A stretch of 64,000 nucleotides of DNA, taken from Octopus vulgaris (taxonomy: Eukaryota). The notes under the pieces were generated by a model. It made no database searches, was not told where the DNA came from, and saw nothing but the letters and a program-made list of their open reading frames with translations. Made by a program: the position numbers and the translations under genes. Of this stretch, positions 14,379-29,804 are shown one piece after another; position 1 is the stretch's first letter; every line of letters starts with the position of its first letter. Location: the NCBI GenBank assembly GCA_951406725.2, contig OX597829.1, positions 9,176,001-9,240,000 of the forward strand, given 5' to 3'.

Positions 14379-16699
14379 GGTGAAGCACATATAGAATACC
14401 AGAGCTAGCGTTTTCTCTTGAGCCCAACTAGCAGAAAGGTCTGTGTTTGCCAATATGAGAAATACCATGTACTCTTTGTCATTCAACAACTAACCCAGGA
14501 CAACTCTAAAGGGACGAGATTTGTGTGAAAATATAGATGACAAACAACAATCGATGATCATACCTTTTACTGTTCAAGAACGTCAGTTGGTGCCGCTTGC
14601 ATACTCATTATCAGTTACAGATAACGAGATTATCATGACATGAGTGTTCGTAGGAAATGGAATTTCTGATCAATAAAACCTGTATCATCTAAAGTCGTGA
14701 ACACAAAACAGCCAGTCCAGTTTCGTTAGATAATGCCTAGTATGAATACATCTCAGTCATGCAGTAATAAACTGTGGAGACAATGAAGGCATTCGGAACC
14801 TCAACACAAGCTTTCAAGGATATCTTCCCTTCGACAAGTTTATATTTATCATTCCTTTCTAGTTCATGGTCTAAATCGAAACATACGTAGTTCTCGTTAA
14901 GAGGCTTGTTCAAAAATGAGTACAAATTCTACTCAGCAGAACCGAGTGAAAGATATACGACGCGGTAACAAATTAAGATATTCGCCTTTTGACGAGTCGG
15001 AATAAGCGCCAGTTGATATACAGTTGATAGTGTATATGGTTGTCGTTCTGCGACACTTTATTAGTATTTTTTTTTTTTTCATGGAAGGTTGACTAGATAA
15101 TCAGGCCTTGCTTTTGCTGTAACCCTCCCAGCTTATACACATTTATACAGTGAGATTAAAAGTGGCGCCCACATAGAATTGGCGGCCGGAGTGGACCGTA
15201 ACCTCGTTCCTCACCCTAGCTAGACTTCTATGCTACTGCAGATGTAGTAAAATTAGAAGCTTATCTCTGTTTCCACTGCGATCTGCTTAAACTATTAGTA
15301 GAGGAAGTAGTGTGATAAACAAGCCTTTAGTGGAACCGGTTCGTCTGTCCCACGAATTTTATTGTTCGTTTATTTGATAAGGAATTCCTGTTTTGATTAC
15401 ATTCTCTGTTACATAATACCTCTTGCGTTCGAGCCATGGAACAAATTTTCTACCTTCGTATATTATAGCACGTCTGTATTCGAACGATGCAATATTTATG
15501 AACAGTGTCAAAGAAATGGACAAGAATGATTTTTTCCCACGATGTCATTTTTCTAGACGTTTTCTAGTCCATCGACTTATTTATCTTCCCTACATCTCTA
15601 ATATATTACGCCGAATTGCTAGATTCTAGATAGAAACTAATAAATTTTTCTTCACCTTTTTTAAATGAAGCTCGTAATCTGATAATTATAATGGTTGTCG
15701 TAACCCTATTTTAACTAACTCCATATTCCGACCTGTGTAAGCACTTCGTTTCTGCTTTAACTTCTTGTCTAAATTAATCTGCTCTTTTAGATTACAAAAA
15801 ATAAAATGAAATAAAAAATATATTTATAAAAGTATAGTCTGTATAGTCATCAATTTGAAATAGCTAAATCCCTACACTATCACTGTCACCAGGGCCGATT
15901 TTAAACCAATCGGACAGATTAGTTTGAAAAGGACCCCGCACCAAGTAGGAGCTCTGTGCACACGATCGACTTGTATTAAAACATTAAAACTTTCATATGA
16001 GATTTCAATTTTTAGTATTTCATTGTGTTTAATGATGATATCTCAAGCCTTCGAAACATTTTGGCTGAGACTGGCTTACTACACGAAGCATAAAACATCA
16101 ATCTTCAGTTCTTGTAGAGTAGAGGGTCCCACTGACGATTCTCTAATTGGGCCATTCACTTCCTCTAAGATAATAAAAACTCATTATTTTATTACCGATG
16201 CTAATTTGGTCAAGTCCATATCTCGATTTATTCGGGAAAATCTACTCAATACAAGACAGTATGGTTTATTTCATAAACTTTTATAAACTTTATGTCCTGT
16301 TTATTTTATCCACTACTCATGTATATTCTAATCTCACACTAACATTATTAAACGTGAAGCTTCAGAGATATTTTTATATTCCACAAGTTGGGCCAGTGTC
16401 ACAGACACTCATTTCCATATTCCTTATGTGCAACGATACATATTTGTCACCCGAATCACGAAAAATGTCTTTATCTCAAAAAGCAAACTTGGTAGACAGA
16501 AATCGTGTAAAATGCTTTCGGATGGACTGCGTTCGAGTATGCCTGTGATTGTAACTCTATGCATCGTGTAACATCCATTTTTAAACCAAAAAATTAAAAC
16601 TTATCTATCCGATAAATGGTGATCAATAAAATGAAGTGGCAGATTTAAATAAATACTATAATTGATGTAATCGATAAAACCTGAATGCGGTGCCTTAGC

Positions 16700-17000
16700 A
16701 TAACAACTGACTGATGCTTTTACTCCTAACTTTTGCTACTGTCGTTTTGCAACTCCTACTGCTGCTACTACCGCTGCTACTACCGCTGTTTATGTTGTTG
16801 CAGCTCTTAGTTTTTTCTTCTGTTTCCATTGCAATTGGTGAAATTCCTGCCACAACCCGCTCCGGCTTTGCATTTTCTTGCTGAAGAACTACTCGACACT
16901 CTTTTGTTTCATGAAACTTATTGGTGTGAAACACTTCCTTCTTCACCCTCACTTTCTTCTTCAACAGAAAGAAACGCAGGTGAACATTAAACCGAAGAGG
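16700..17000 (-). pseudogene. Possible LINE ORF1 zinc-knuckle remnant
   Basis: Mixed-frame EG.RRKCF....FHETKEC followed by low-complexity sequence, resembling EGKKPRCYNCGSPEHLIAKC of the Tx1-type ORF1. Confidence 0.3.
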
Positions 17001-17099
17001 TAAGTGAATGTTCTTTGCTCTTTAATCTTGTCTACAATACTGCTTCTACTGTAACCATCGCAGAAGACTGTTTGCGCTTCTCGACTTAATGAAGGCAGT

Positions 17100-17570
17100 G
17101 CAGTTGGATTTGTCTGTCGAAACAAATCCAAAAATTTCAGTAAAACCCATAATAGAGTATTGCTCCCACAGCATGTTTCCCTTCGTGGGTCTGAAGAAGA
17201 GCAGTGCCTATGACCTTTACAGTCCGTTCTAGATCAGTGAGAGTGATAGAATTAATGTTCCTCGTGAATCTTTCTGTGTCAGCACTCGTAGAAAAGATAT
17301 AAGGTGGGAGGCAATAGCAGTGGGTGTAGTGATTAGAGAGATGGCTTAGGGGAAGAATGGGCACAACAAGGGGGCAGAGAGGAGAGACAAGTGGGATGAG
17401 AACGGTGAGAGTGGATGCGAGAAGAGTTTAGCTAGCTCCAATAAACACTGGTAATTATAGTCGCGGAATGAAAATCAAAGAGGGGAGTCAGCATGTCTGT
17501 AGGTCAGAGACTGAAAGGTGTGTGCGAGTATGGCAGGTGCTGCTACGCACTTTCTTGAATGGATCCAGAA
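17100..17570 (-). mobile_element. 3' end of an old CR1/L2-group LINE
   Basis: Minus-strand translation FQSLTYRHADS...RDYNYQCLLELA...SNHY...LPPYIFS...ERFTRNIN matches the typical C-terminal pattern L.HRR....FYRYY.G.C..EL...WN.LP....FK. Confidence 0.55.
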
Positions 17571-19194
17571 AATAACAATTCGATTGATTTGCATGAAATC
17601 ACTTGTCAACATACCTTGAACTCTGACTCACAATGCTATTGTTTCCTCTAAGAGACTTTATTACTGCCACTACTACGATCTTTCAGAGATAGCTTCCTTT
17701 CATCCCCGGTATAACTAGCCACCTTTCTCCTAACCTCATCTCTGTCCTTAACCATTAGGATATTTTTTACTTGAATTAGTTTGTGGTTCTGGTTACAAAT
17801 GCCGGATTTACGTAACGTTTCGGTACATTGCCGTTGACCTTTATTTCCAAGATGTCTGACAACATGACGTTGACATTGTGGGCAGACACGGCTCTCCGCC
17901 ATTCCAAGTGACAATCCTTTTCATCAGAATTTTATCATTTAATGTTCCCAGGAGCCTATAAATAAATAGATTGATAAAATGAAGAGCATGAATAATAAAA
18001 GTGGATGCCTTTACTGATCTTTACACGTGAATTAAACGGTTACGATAGTTGACCAACTTATTCGACCACCTAGCAGATGATGCTATACACGTGCATCCGA
18101 AAACGAGATTGAAGCCGGCTGCACTTAGGTGTCGATAACTGACTGTATTGAAAGCTATAGGTTATTCGAATTGGCCTGAGTGCCACCGAAACCAGAATTA
18201 TATAAAACAACTTCTCTAACAGTATAATGTAAGAGATAAAAGCTGCAGTATGTCCTTTCGGAATCACATGTATGTGAATCGCTGGAAAATCGCTAACCTT
18301 TTTGACAACATCTTTGGGAAAATATTTCACTCTTCCTCCGGTAATGAATCTAAAATTATCAATGACGTCTTTCCTGTTTGCATCTCTCTTGATCGACGTC
18401 GCGGATCGTCGGTTCACATAATGGAGAATGTTATCAGTTGCGATCGACGTCTACCAATGACTCTGGTTTCAGTTCGTAAATCTCATACTTCTGACCAATA
18501 TGATCGTTGATGTTTGTTTTTCTAATTTTATGTCCTTTGCATAACCACTTGGTGCCTCATGTATATCAGTAGCTATAATCAGTTTTTCGTAGCAGACTCC
18601 CACGTTGATAGACGTGGCGGTTCGTCGAGATAGGCGCTAAAATTTATTATATCCAGTCCACCGCATCTCTTGTACAAATTGTCACCGGAAACTGGTTGTT
18701 ATCGAATCATGCGGTCATTGTGGTTCGTTGAAGACTGAATTGCGGTTTAGTTTCCCTGACACCTCTGCCATCTTAGCCATTGAATAACTTTCTCCTCTTT
18801 CACGTGTAACTGCACACGCCATAATAAGATAAGGAGAAAATAACTTGTTTGTGTAATCTGTGTGAATACTTGCCTTTTTTCTTCCTTTTCTCATTCTGTC
18901 TTCTGTTTGTTTAGGATTAAATAAATTTTCTTTTGCTGGTTTTGAGACAGGTTTTGATGATGGCACTCTCATATCTGGATCTACAGATAGAATTAGTGAC
19001 GGCGTTCTTTACACACGTGGAATGAGACTTACGTTTTATGTCTTGGAGGATATGTGAATACTATAGGAGACAAAAGAAAAAGAAAAGTTCTCGGCAAGTC
19101 CTTTAAATGGAACTACCATTCCTATTGATCTATGTTGAACTGCAAAACCATCCTGGGCCATTGCATCCTCTCTGATAAAATAATAAACTTGCAT

Positions 19195-19395
19195 AAATAG
19201 CCTTTCTACTATAGGTACAATGCCTGAAATTTTGGGGTAGTGGGGATTGTCAATTACACCGACCCCCAGTGCCCAACTGGAATTTATTTTATCGACGCTG
19301 AAAGGATAAAAAAAGTAGACCTCGGCAGAATTTGAACTCAGAGCATAAAGACGGATGAAATGCCGTCAAGCATTTTGTCCGGCGTGCTAACGATT
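19195..19395 (-). mobile_element. SINE family B, diverged copy
   Basis: Reverse complement resembles 5715-5860. Confidence 0.8.
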
Positions 19396-19496
19396 TTAAA
19401 CGATATCTTATCACTTCATTTCTTCACTCTCTGTATACTCAAAGAATTATTCTCATTATCATGAATTCAGGAAACAGCTATTAGGTTATTCTAGGA

Positions 19497-19794
19497 AAGT
19501 GGTTCCCAGACTTTTTCAGGCTGCTGCCCTCTTGGTTCTAAGGCCACATTCCTAGTGCCCCTCCCATCTCCCCACTCACCATCACAGACATAAACCATTT
19601 TCTGCAGCAAATTCTAAACAACAGTGTTTCACAAATAAAACAACCTAATTAAACCTTCATTTTGTTTGTTTGTTTGTTTTTTTACCTCCACTGCCCCATT
19701 TTGGCGACCCCACTATCAACCCATTTTTCTTCAACGCCCCCTGGATCTTTCCACCACCAGCAGTGGAGTGGTACCGCCCACTTTGGGACCACTG
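19497..19794. mobile_element. hAT/Charlie-like MITE
   Basis: Termini AGTGGTTCCCAGAC and CTTTGGGACCACTG are imperfect inverted repeats of the CAGTGGTTCCCAAA type. No clear 8-bp TSD. Confidence 0.6.
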
Positions 19795-20343
19795 AAGACC
19801 GTAAATGCTCGAGGACCAGTTGGACAAAGGTAGGGATCGACCACGCTGATGGAAGTTTGTTGCAATAAGCATTTCACAACGTTATTCTACTCTGCTTGTG
19901 TACACTTATCGCCTCCTTATGCTTCAATACAAAATTATGTAACATCTTCATAGATATTTAATTAGTTTCAAAGAAGAATCATAATCCATAGTCTCTTTGT
20001 AGTTGTGTTGAAGGATTTAGTTGTGTACAGATGTTAATGAGAATTCAATCAGAGGTAAATTATAATTTGATACAGCATGGATACCGCTTTTTAAGAAAAA
20101 TATTACGCGAATAAACCCGGGCTAATTGTGATGGCATTTTTAAAGAACGTCATTCTGGCATACTGAGACATAAATTGTAAAAACCCTGATCATGTTTCAT
20201 ACGTACACAGAATTTATTTATTGTTTTACAAACATTCGGCTTGGCCCTACAAAGCACACACACACGCATACACACGTACATGCACACGCACACACACTCA
20301 CGCATGCACACACACATGTATATATTATTATTATTATATATAT

Positions 20344-20379
<36 letters not shown>

Positions 20380-21103
20380 GTATGTATATATGTATATATA
20401 TATATAATATATATATGCATACACACACACTCACACACTATTACGTCAATAGTTTTCGGATAATTGCTGACATTTGCAATTATACGAAATTGACTACGTC
20501 AATATTTAATAGCTAAACAATAGCAGCAACGATTATCAAGATCCAAAATTATAGTCGGTGACAGAAGCACTGAGAAGTTAGATTAAATGCTTCGTGACAA
20601 TTAACTGAGGTTTGAATAAAAATACAGTCGAGGTTGACTTTGTCTCTGAAACATACGTTGTTGATAAAATAAGTACAAGTCAAGTGTTGGTCGATTAAAT
20701 GACTGCAAATCTTTTCATCTTGACCATAAAACAATATCAATGTGTAGCTCCTCTTGGTTTCTTATCATTACAACACGTCATATTTTGATTGCTATAGTTT
20801 TGCCTCCAATTGCAGTAGAACGTTGCATCCAAGGGCAGTAAATGGCAGTAGGCGTTCAGCATGGGTTTAATGAAGTGCTTCAAATCTCAAGGTGCTTAAT
20901 GAAGTGCTTCAAAGATCTCGACGACTGCAGGTCAATAGACAACATTTTCCTTATAAAATTAGTGTACATTTAAATACACACACACACACACACAATCGTT
21001 GTGTGTTTGAATATTTTTTTTATAAATTTTTATGCACCATGTGCTCTTTTTTTTGGCGCAAACCAAAACCAGTGGCACTGTCAGAGTTTAACGTGACGGT
21101 AGG

Positions 21104-21158
21104 CCACACTGACGAGGCTCAGGGTTTAAATACCCAAAAGCCAAAACCTAGTTTGTGG
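21104..21158 (+). ncRNA. Type I hammerhead-like motif with extended stem II (G12A, probably inactive)
   Basis: CCACA-CTGACGA-GGCT..GGGT ttaaat ACCC..AGCC-AAAAC-CTA-GTT-TGTGG, with a perfect 5-bp stem I. Confidence 0.65.
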
Positions 21159-21449
21159 ATATCCCTAATTGCATAATATTTTTATTTTGTGCTGTTAAAT
21201 GTTTTAATTCTTTCTGTTTTCCTCACATACTGTTTTTTCTCTGCTATCTTGGTGCGGTACGGTGGATTAATTTAAGACTTTAGCTCTTATTTCTAGCAGG
21301 TAGATGCTTACTAAGTATCATTATGCTTCGTGCAAATTTATAATTCATAGCTATATAATGACATTTCGGTATTTCGCCTGCGATCCACAGTTTAAAAATT
21401 TATCCAGAGATTATATAAACGGTAGTGACATCTGATTTCAAATCTCAGT

Positions 21450-21491
21450 GTTTGAATGTTTTGCTTATATATATAAGCAAAACATTCAAAC
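21450..21491. repeat. Perfect 42-bp palindrome
   Basis: GTTTGAATGTTTTGCTTATATATATAAGCAAAACATTCAAAC equals its own reverse complement. Confidence 0.97.
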
Positions 21492-21497
21492 TGTGTG

Positions 21498-21581
<84 letters not shown>

Positions 21582-21718
21582 CATATATATATATAAATAT
21601 ATTATATATTTTATATTTATATATATATAGAGAGAGATATGTATATATATATGTATATATGTATATATACATAAATATGTATTTATATATATATATACAT
21701 ATATACATGTATGTATAC

Positions 21719-21768
<50 letters not shown>

Positions 21769-21952
21769 GTATATATATATATATATGTATATATATAAAT
21801 ACATATATATGTATATATGTATATATATAAATCCATATATACATATATATATATAACGGGAAGCTTTATGAAAATAAACAAAAGACGAAGGCAGGTAGAA
21901 TACAAACAAACAATTGTATTAGTATGGCGCTCAGGAATATAAATAAAACAAG

Positions 21953-21990
21953 TCTTTTACGTTTCGAGCCTACGCTCTTCGACAGAAAGA
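21953..21990 (-). ncRNA. Hammerhead-like motif with CUGUCGA core, in repeat unit at about 21855-22065
   Basis: Minus strand: TCTTT-CTGTCGA-A-GAGC gtag GCTC-GAAAC-GTA-AAAGA. Confidence 0.6.
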
Positions 21991-22084
21991 TACACAGAAA
22001 AGAAACACGGAGAGAAACAAGGAAGAAAAAAATGCGTGCAGAAGCTAGCGAATCAACATGGCGATGTATATACATATATATACA

Positions 22085-22185
<101 letters not shown>

Positions 22186-22205
22186 CACACATATATATAC
22201 ATATA

Positions 22206-22870
22206 CACTGCGTCCCCTATTAGACAAATCAACCTTCTCTCAATAAGTAGATATACATTCGTTCAAGACCAGTTGTTTTCCCACTGACTGTTGGCAACAC
22301 TTTATCTGCATAAATTCTGTTAAACTATATTGGATGTGCGCAGACGGAAGCAAACGGCAGCCATTATCATGTAGCAGCAACATTTCTGCTGCCTCAAATT
22401 ATTAAGCAGGTGCCCAATGAAGTGTCATTATGGGTCAGAAACGTGATCTTACCTCGAATGAGAAATCTATCATCGTGTCAGAGCTTGGAAAATGAAATAC
22501 AACCATAGAAATATCAAAAATACTGGGAAGAGATCACTGAACAGTGAAGAAATTTGAGCAGTCTCCAATTTCTGTTCCACCTCGTTGGCGGCTCAAACGA
22601 TGAGGACGGTCCCCGCTGATTGATACCAAGCTTTTACTCCAGCCTTCTGGTCCGTCAAGGGTAGCACGTCCGTCAAGGGTAGCACGGCATTCGTCAGTGA
22701 ACAGAACTGTTAAAAAATCGGTCTTCATATATTCTTCTGCCTATTTCAGCCTTTTCTGCAAGAGGCGACACCTGGTGGTTTTCGATACATCTTTCCTTCC
22801 TGCCTCAACATTTGAAGACTTGTCTACTTGTCAGACATGGGTTCTGCACAACTTCCCGTTCCACACGTGA
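22206..22870. mobile_element. Rearranged Tc1-like transposon fragment
   Basis: Starts TA-CACTG. Plus strand from 22430 reads MGQKRDLTSNEKSIIVSELGK*NTTIEISKILGRDH*TVKKF (HTH). Minus strand then reads VLFTDECRATLDG..PEGW (first D of DDE). Confidence 0.8.
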
Positions 22871-23361
22871 CAAAGTACGATTCGAAGCAATCCTCGATTC
22901 ACCATTATCTGCCCTTATTCCTATGTATGTATGGAGCATGGATTAGAAATTAATAACTATTTATACAAATAGGATAGGTCAAAGGAGTAAAAATAGAATA
23001 GAGTGTTAGTAATAATAATTATGTTTATAATATTAAGTAATAGTATTTATTATAATAAATTGCTTATCGATTTAATATAATTCTTCACTTACTACTAGTA
23101 GGCATTTCAGGCAATCCACCTATTGTCCAAAGTAGATAAACCAGGGGCCACCGTCGGATATAATTGGTCAGTTAGTATTTAAAAACGAAAGACTGGCTAT
23201 TAATAAACCGTTATTCTCCGGGTAAAATAAATGAATGATATATGCTATAAGGGGCCCGAAGCCGTTTAAGTCAATATAAAATAAAAATATAAAAATATAA
23301 AATAAAATATATATTTGTATGCATACATACATGTATGTAGATAAATACGCATGCATAAAAA

Positions 23362-23573
23362 CAGTAGAACCTCGGTTGTCGAACAAGTCTGATCAGGAAT
23401 AAATCGTACTTTATCTCCTGTCTTTCTCGTATTCATTTAATACAGTAACTCCTCGGTTTACGAACGTCTCTCATAACGAATAAATCGTGCTTTATATATA
23501 TCTGTATCTGTCTCTCTCTATATAAAGCACGGTTTATTCGCGAACAGAGTTGTTCGAAAACCGAGGTACTACT
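23362..23573. mobile_element. pogo/Tigger-like MITE with duplicated left end
   Basis: CAGTAGAACCTCGGTTGTCGAACAA (23362), a second left end at 23443, and right TIR TTGTTCGAAAACCGAGGTACTACT. Confidence 0.75.
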
Positions 23574-24126
23574 TTATATGTATATATGCATAAATTTATA
23601 TGTACTTAAGTGTTCTGTAATTTTGCAGTATCTTAGCTTCCAAAACCTCTTTCAATCTATAGTATATTACATTAAATGAGTAGCATCTTGTGAATCTGTA
23701 GTAAACTATATTAAACGAGGTCGTATCATCATGTGGATCTATAGTAAAGAACTGCAAAGAACTACGCATCTAGTACATAAGAGCATGTTGAAATACTGGC
23801 GAGGTAAGTAAGCAGGTGTTCAATATCCAAGAGAACACTTCAAGAGTGGAGAAGGGTCTCGAGGAAAGGGAAGTGTATTATATTCAGCAATTTTTACCAT
23901 CTTTGAGTTGCTCACATCTGTGTAAGTCCTTCCGGAGATTGACACTGTATATCGTCTTTGCCGCGATAGCTTATCTTTATAAGTCTATAAGTAGTTCGTT
24001 GACATTTCAGGACAGCTGCTGCTGATATTTCTTATATCATGGACGCTTAGTTTGGCACCTCTGACATTTTCCATATACAATGCATATGCTCCTATACAAA
24101 TAAGTATACACAAACACACTAATATA

Positions 24127-24291
<165 letters not shown>

Positions 24292-24623
24292 TACATACAC
24301 ATCGATAGATAACTGCACCCCCAAACACACACACACACACATTACTGTGAAATAAGATTCGGTTAATATACACGACAATTAATATGAAGACTAACGGCAG
24401 TTGGGTATATGTCTTCTTACTGCTTTCAGAGTTCGTTCAACTCCATTCGCTCGGATCCCACCCGCTTCCTTTCCACATTGAAACTACATATGTTTTTACG
24501 CGTATATAAACATAAATAGAATTCTGTATTGTCTGTATATTTATTTCATGCTGTGTCGTGTAATGGAACATAATACCCATATACAGTTAGAAATGTACAC
24601 GTAGACATTTACGTATACGTATA

Positions 24624-24681
<58 letters not shown>

Positions 24682-24684
24682 CGA

Positions 24685-24724
<40 letters not shown>

Positions 24725-24729
24725 TATAT

Positions 24730-25130
24730 ACTCTTTTACTCTTTTACTTGTTTCAGTCATTTGACTGCGGCCATGCTGGAGCACCGCCTTTAATCGAGCA
24801 ACTCAACCCCAGGACTTATTCATTGTAAGCCAAGTACTTATTCTATCGGTCTCTTTTGCCGAACCACTAAGTGACGGGGACATAAACACACCAGCATCGG
24901 TTGTCAAGCAATGCTAGGGGGACAAACACAAACATACACGCACACACACATATATATATACATATATACGACGGGCTACTTTCAGTTTCCATCTACCAAA
25001 TCCACTAACAAGGCTTTGGTCGGCCCGAGGCTATAGTAGCAGTAACTTGCCCAAGGTGCCTCGCAGTGGACTGAATCCGGAACCATGTGGTTGGTAAACA
25101 AGCTTCTTACCACACAGCCACTCCTGCGCC
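24730..25130 (-). mobile_element. SINE family A, full length
   Basis: Same structure as 13730-14143. Confidence 0.92.
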
Positions 25131-25140
25131 TATATATATA

Positions 25141-25560
<420 letters not shown>

Positions 25561-25707
25561 GTCACACACGCACGCGCACACACATACACGCTCACGCATA
25601 TTCACAAGAACACATAAACACACACACTTACACACGCACACACACATAAAGCTTAAGCGGAATGACACATGTAAATCAAGTTCAGACATTAAAATAAACA
25701 TTCCTTA

Positions 25708-25868
25708 GGCGGAGGCGTGGCTGGGTGGTAAGTAGCTTGCTTTCCAACCACATGGTTCCGGGTCAATCCCACTGCGTGACAACTTGGGCAAGTGTCTTCT
25801 ACTATAGCCTCGGGCTGACCAAACCATGTGAGTAGATTTCGCAGACGGAAACTGAAAGAAGCTCGTCG
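25708..25868 (+). mobile_element. SINE family A, 5' half
   Basis: Matches 4914-5077. Confidence 0.88.
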
Positions 25869-25896
25869 TATATATATATATATATATATATATATT

Positions 25897-27410
<1,514 letters not shown>

Positions 27411-27535
27411 TACTTATTCTATAAGTTTATTCTTGTGAAACCAGTAAGTTATGGGGATGTAAGTAAATGAACAGCAGTTGTGAAGCAGTGATGAGGGTGA
27501 AACACAGAGACAAAGACACACACATACACTTACAT

Positions 27536-27537
<2 letters not shown>

Positions 27538-27601
<64 letters not shown>

Positions 27602-27730
27602 GTTTAACGTCCGTTTTCCATGCTAGCATGGGTTGGACGGTTCGACCGGGGCCTGGGAAGCCAGGAGGCTGCAGGCACCATCATGATCTGGCAGTGTTTC
27701 TACAGCTGGATTCCCTTCCTAACGCCAACC
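27538..27730 (-). mobile_element. Short retroposon with RTE-type 3' end and (GAT)n tail
   Basis: rc ends CCAACCCATGCTAGCATGGAAAACGGACGTTAAACG(ATG)n. Second copy at 52227-52485. Confidence 0.75.
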
Positions 27731-27736
27731 ATATAC

Positions 27737-27767
<31 letters not shown>

Positions 27768-27777
27768 TGTATCTACT

Positions 27778-28010
27778 TGTGTCTGTGTTTATTCCCCCCA
27801 CCATCGCTTGACAACCAATGTTATTGTGTTTACTTTCCACGTAAACTAGCGATTCGGCAAAAGAGACCAATAGAATAAGGCTTACAAAGAAAAAGTCCCT
27901 CGTTGGATTTGTTCGGCTAAAGGCGGTGCTCCAGCATGGCTGCAGTCAAATGACCGAAACAAGTAAAAGAAAAATATGTGTATATATATAAAATGTATAA
28001 ATGTGTGTAG

Positions 28011-28054
<44 letters not shown>

Positions 28055-28183
28055 CTCTGTGTTTGTGTGCGTGCTTTTTTGATAGTGTTTGTCTCCCACC
28101 GCAGCTTGACAACCGGTGATGTTTTGTTTATGTCCCCGTAACCTAACTGTTCGGCAAAAGCGGGGAATGGAATAAGTATCTGG
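27778..28183 (+). mobile_element. Two SINE family A 3' fragments
   Basis: Tail motifs at about 27778-27972 and 28056-28183. Confidence 0.8.
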
Positions 28184-28439
28184 CATCATATATATACCTC
28201 ACCACGTGACGAAAGCGTTAACAATTTAATTAGATAGAAAACTAATGTTATACAAAGAGTATATTATAATTTAGGAAAGTGCTGTTTCGGAATTATTAAA
28301 ACTTGTACAGTTAACTGTAAAATCTGCAATGAATCCACTTGACAAAATATAACAATCCTGTAAAATGCAAGCGTGTGTAACGCTTCTAAACTAATACGAA
28401 CACGTAGAAACTCATACAAAATACGAGGTGATTGTTGGA

Positions 28440-29090
28440 TGGATATGCGACGGTGTTACTCGCTTATCTCCCAAAACATTAGGCGATGAACAGATTCAAA
28501 TATTTGTTGCTGCTAGCGGGTGGCTTGAAAAGCTCAGTAAACGGTTTCATCTCCATCTTCACAGTGTTCGAATTACGTCCAGGCTGCGTTGGGATTTCCA
28601 AACACAACTGAGGGATAGCAAAGGAAGAGGAAGAAAAACCCGTTAAATTTAGTTTTTAATGTAGACGCTTTAGTGGTTATTCTGAAAGAGATTACTTTTA
28701 AAGCTTTTATCGATAGAGAGAAAAAGAAATAAACCTTAGGAAATACAGCAGCAAAAAATATCTTGTAATAATGTTATTGGAGACTTGAAACTTAACCTAT
28801 TTCTTGTTTATCATTCTGATACTTCAAGAGGTATGATAGGCTTCTCTCCATACAGCCTGCCAAATATATGGAAACGGAAGCAAAAGATTGACTCGCATAG
28901 GGGTTGTTTAGTGAATCGCTTGTTGAACATATATGATCTACTGTCAAGCGTTATTTTGGGGATAATTTCTAGGTCCAGGCACTTCTGCTTTTGGGAAATA
29001 TTATTTACATTCTTGCCTGCAAGTATGTTCATGTCATAAATCTTTGCTTACCCAAAGTCTTTTATTACCCAATATGTATATGCTATTATC
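28440..29090 (+). pseudogene. Highly decayed pogo/Tigger transposase
   Basis: FVAASGWLEKLSKRF (CENP-B-type HTH), then VFNVD and KLNLFLVYHS...LPNIW, in the order expected for Tigger transposases. Confidence 0.65.
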
Positions 29091-29232
29091 CATAGCTTTA
29101 TGTGCTTCGAGATCTACTGTTCCAAAAAAAGAATTATTTCACGTTCCTTAGAAATCTATAAATTGTTATGACGTCAACAACATAGAATTCTCGCTGATAA
29201 GAATAAAATTTCTAAAATATTGATGGAAACTC

Positions 29233-29300
29233 GACAACTTTGGTCCAATGGTAGCTTGTGCGGTCTACAGGACATGTGGGTTCGAATCCCACAGCGGTCA
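29233..29300 (+). pseudogene. tRNA-like pseudogene or isolated SINE head
   Basis: A box TGGTCCAATGG, perfect T arm GTGGG-TTCGAAT-CCCAC, acceptor stem 5/7 paired. Anticodon arm not assignable and no oligo-T terminator immediately after. Confidence 0.55.
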
Positions 29301-29619
29301 ATCCAAAGAATTTTTAACCCAATAATTTACACTGTATCATTTATTGTTTTATGTGCTTCGAGATCTACTGTTTCAAAGAAGAATTATTTCACGTTCTCTT
29401 GAAGTTTCTAAATCCTTATGACATCAATAAATTTATATGTAGGTGTGAATATAAATAATATTTAATTAATAAGCCTTAATCCATAATCTATTAAGTATTA
29501 AATATTTCATTCACTCTCTGTCTTACTTTTCAGTTCTTTGTGCGAATTAACCAAACGTAGTTCCTTTTGAACTTGTCATCACCCTGCAATACATACCTAC
29601 ATACACACACACACATACA

Positions 29620-29714
<95 letters not shown>

Positions 29715-29804
29715 TGAAAAAATTAGAGAATCACTTCGTTGTGAACCAGTGAAATGCACTGAAAGTTTTATGCTGAAAGAATGTATATGAAAACTTTATA
29801 TATA

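Noticed and set aside
14390-16600. Long non-repetitive stretch, with faint cadherin-like (14737-14925) and endonuclease-like (about 15060-15120) strings
   Set aside because: No diagnostic motifs or sustained frame. Probably ancient transposon debris, and needs TBLASTX/HMM searches.
17191-17215. CTGAAGAAGAGCAGTGCC
   Set aside because: No GAAA or stem III, and it lies antisense within a LINE 3' region.
17640-19000. Several 85-115 aa ORFs in unique sequence
   Set aside because: No recognisable domain and frequent stops between them. Left unassigned.
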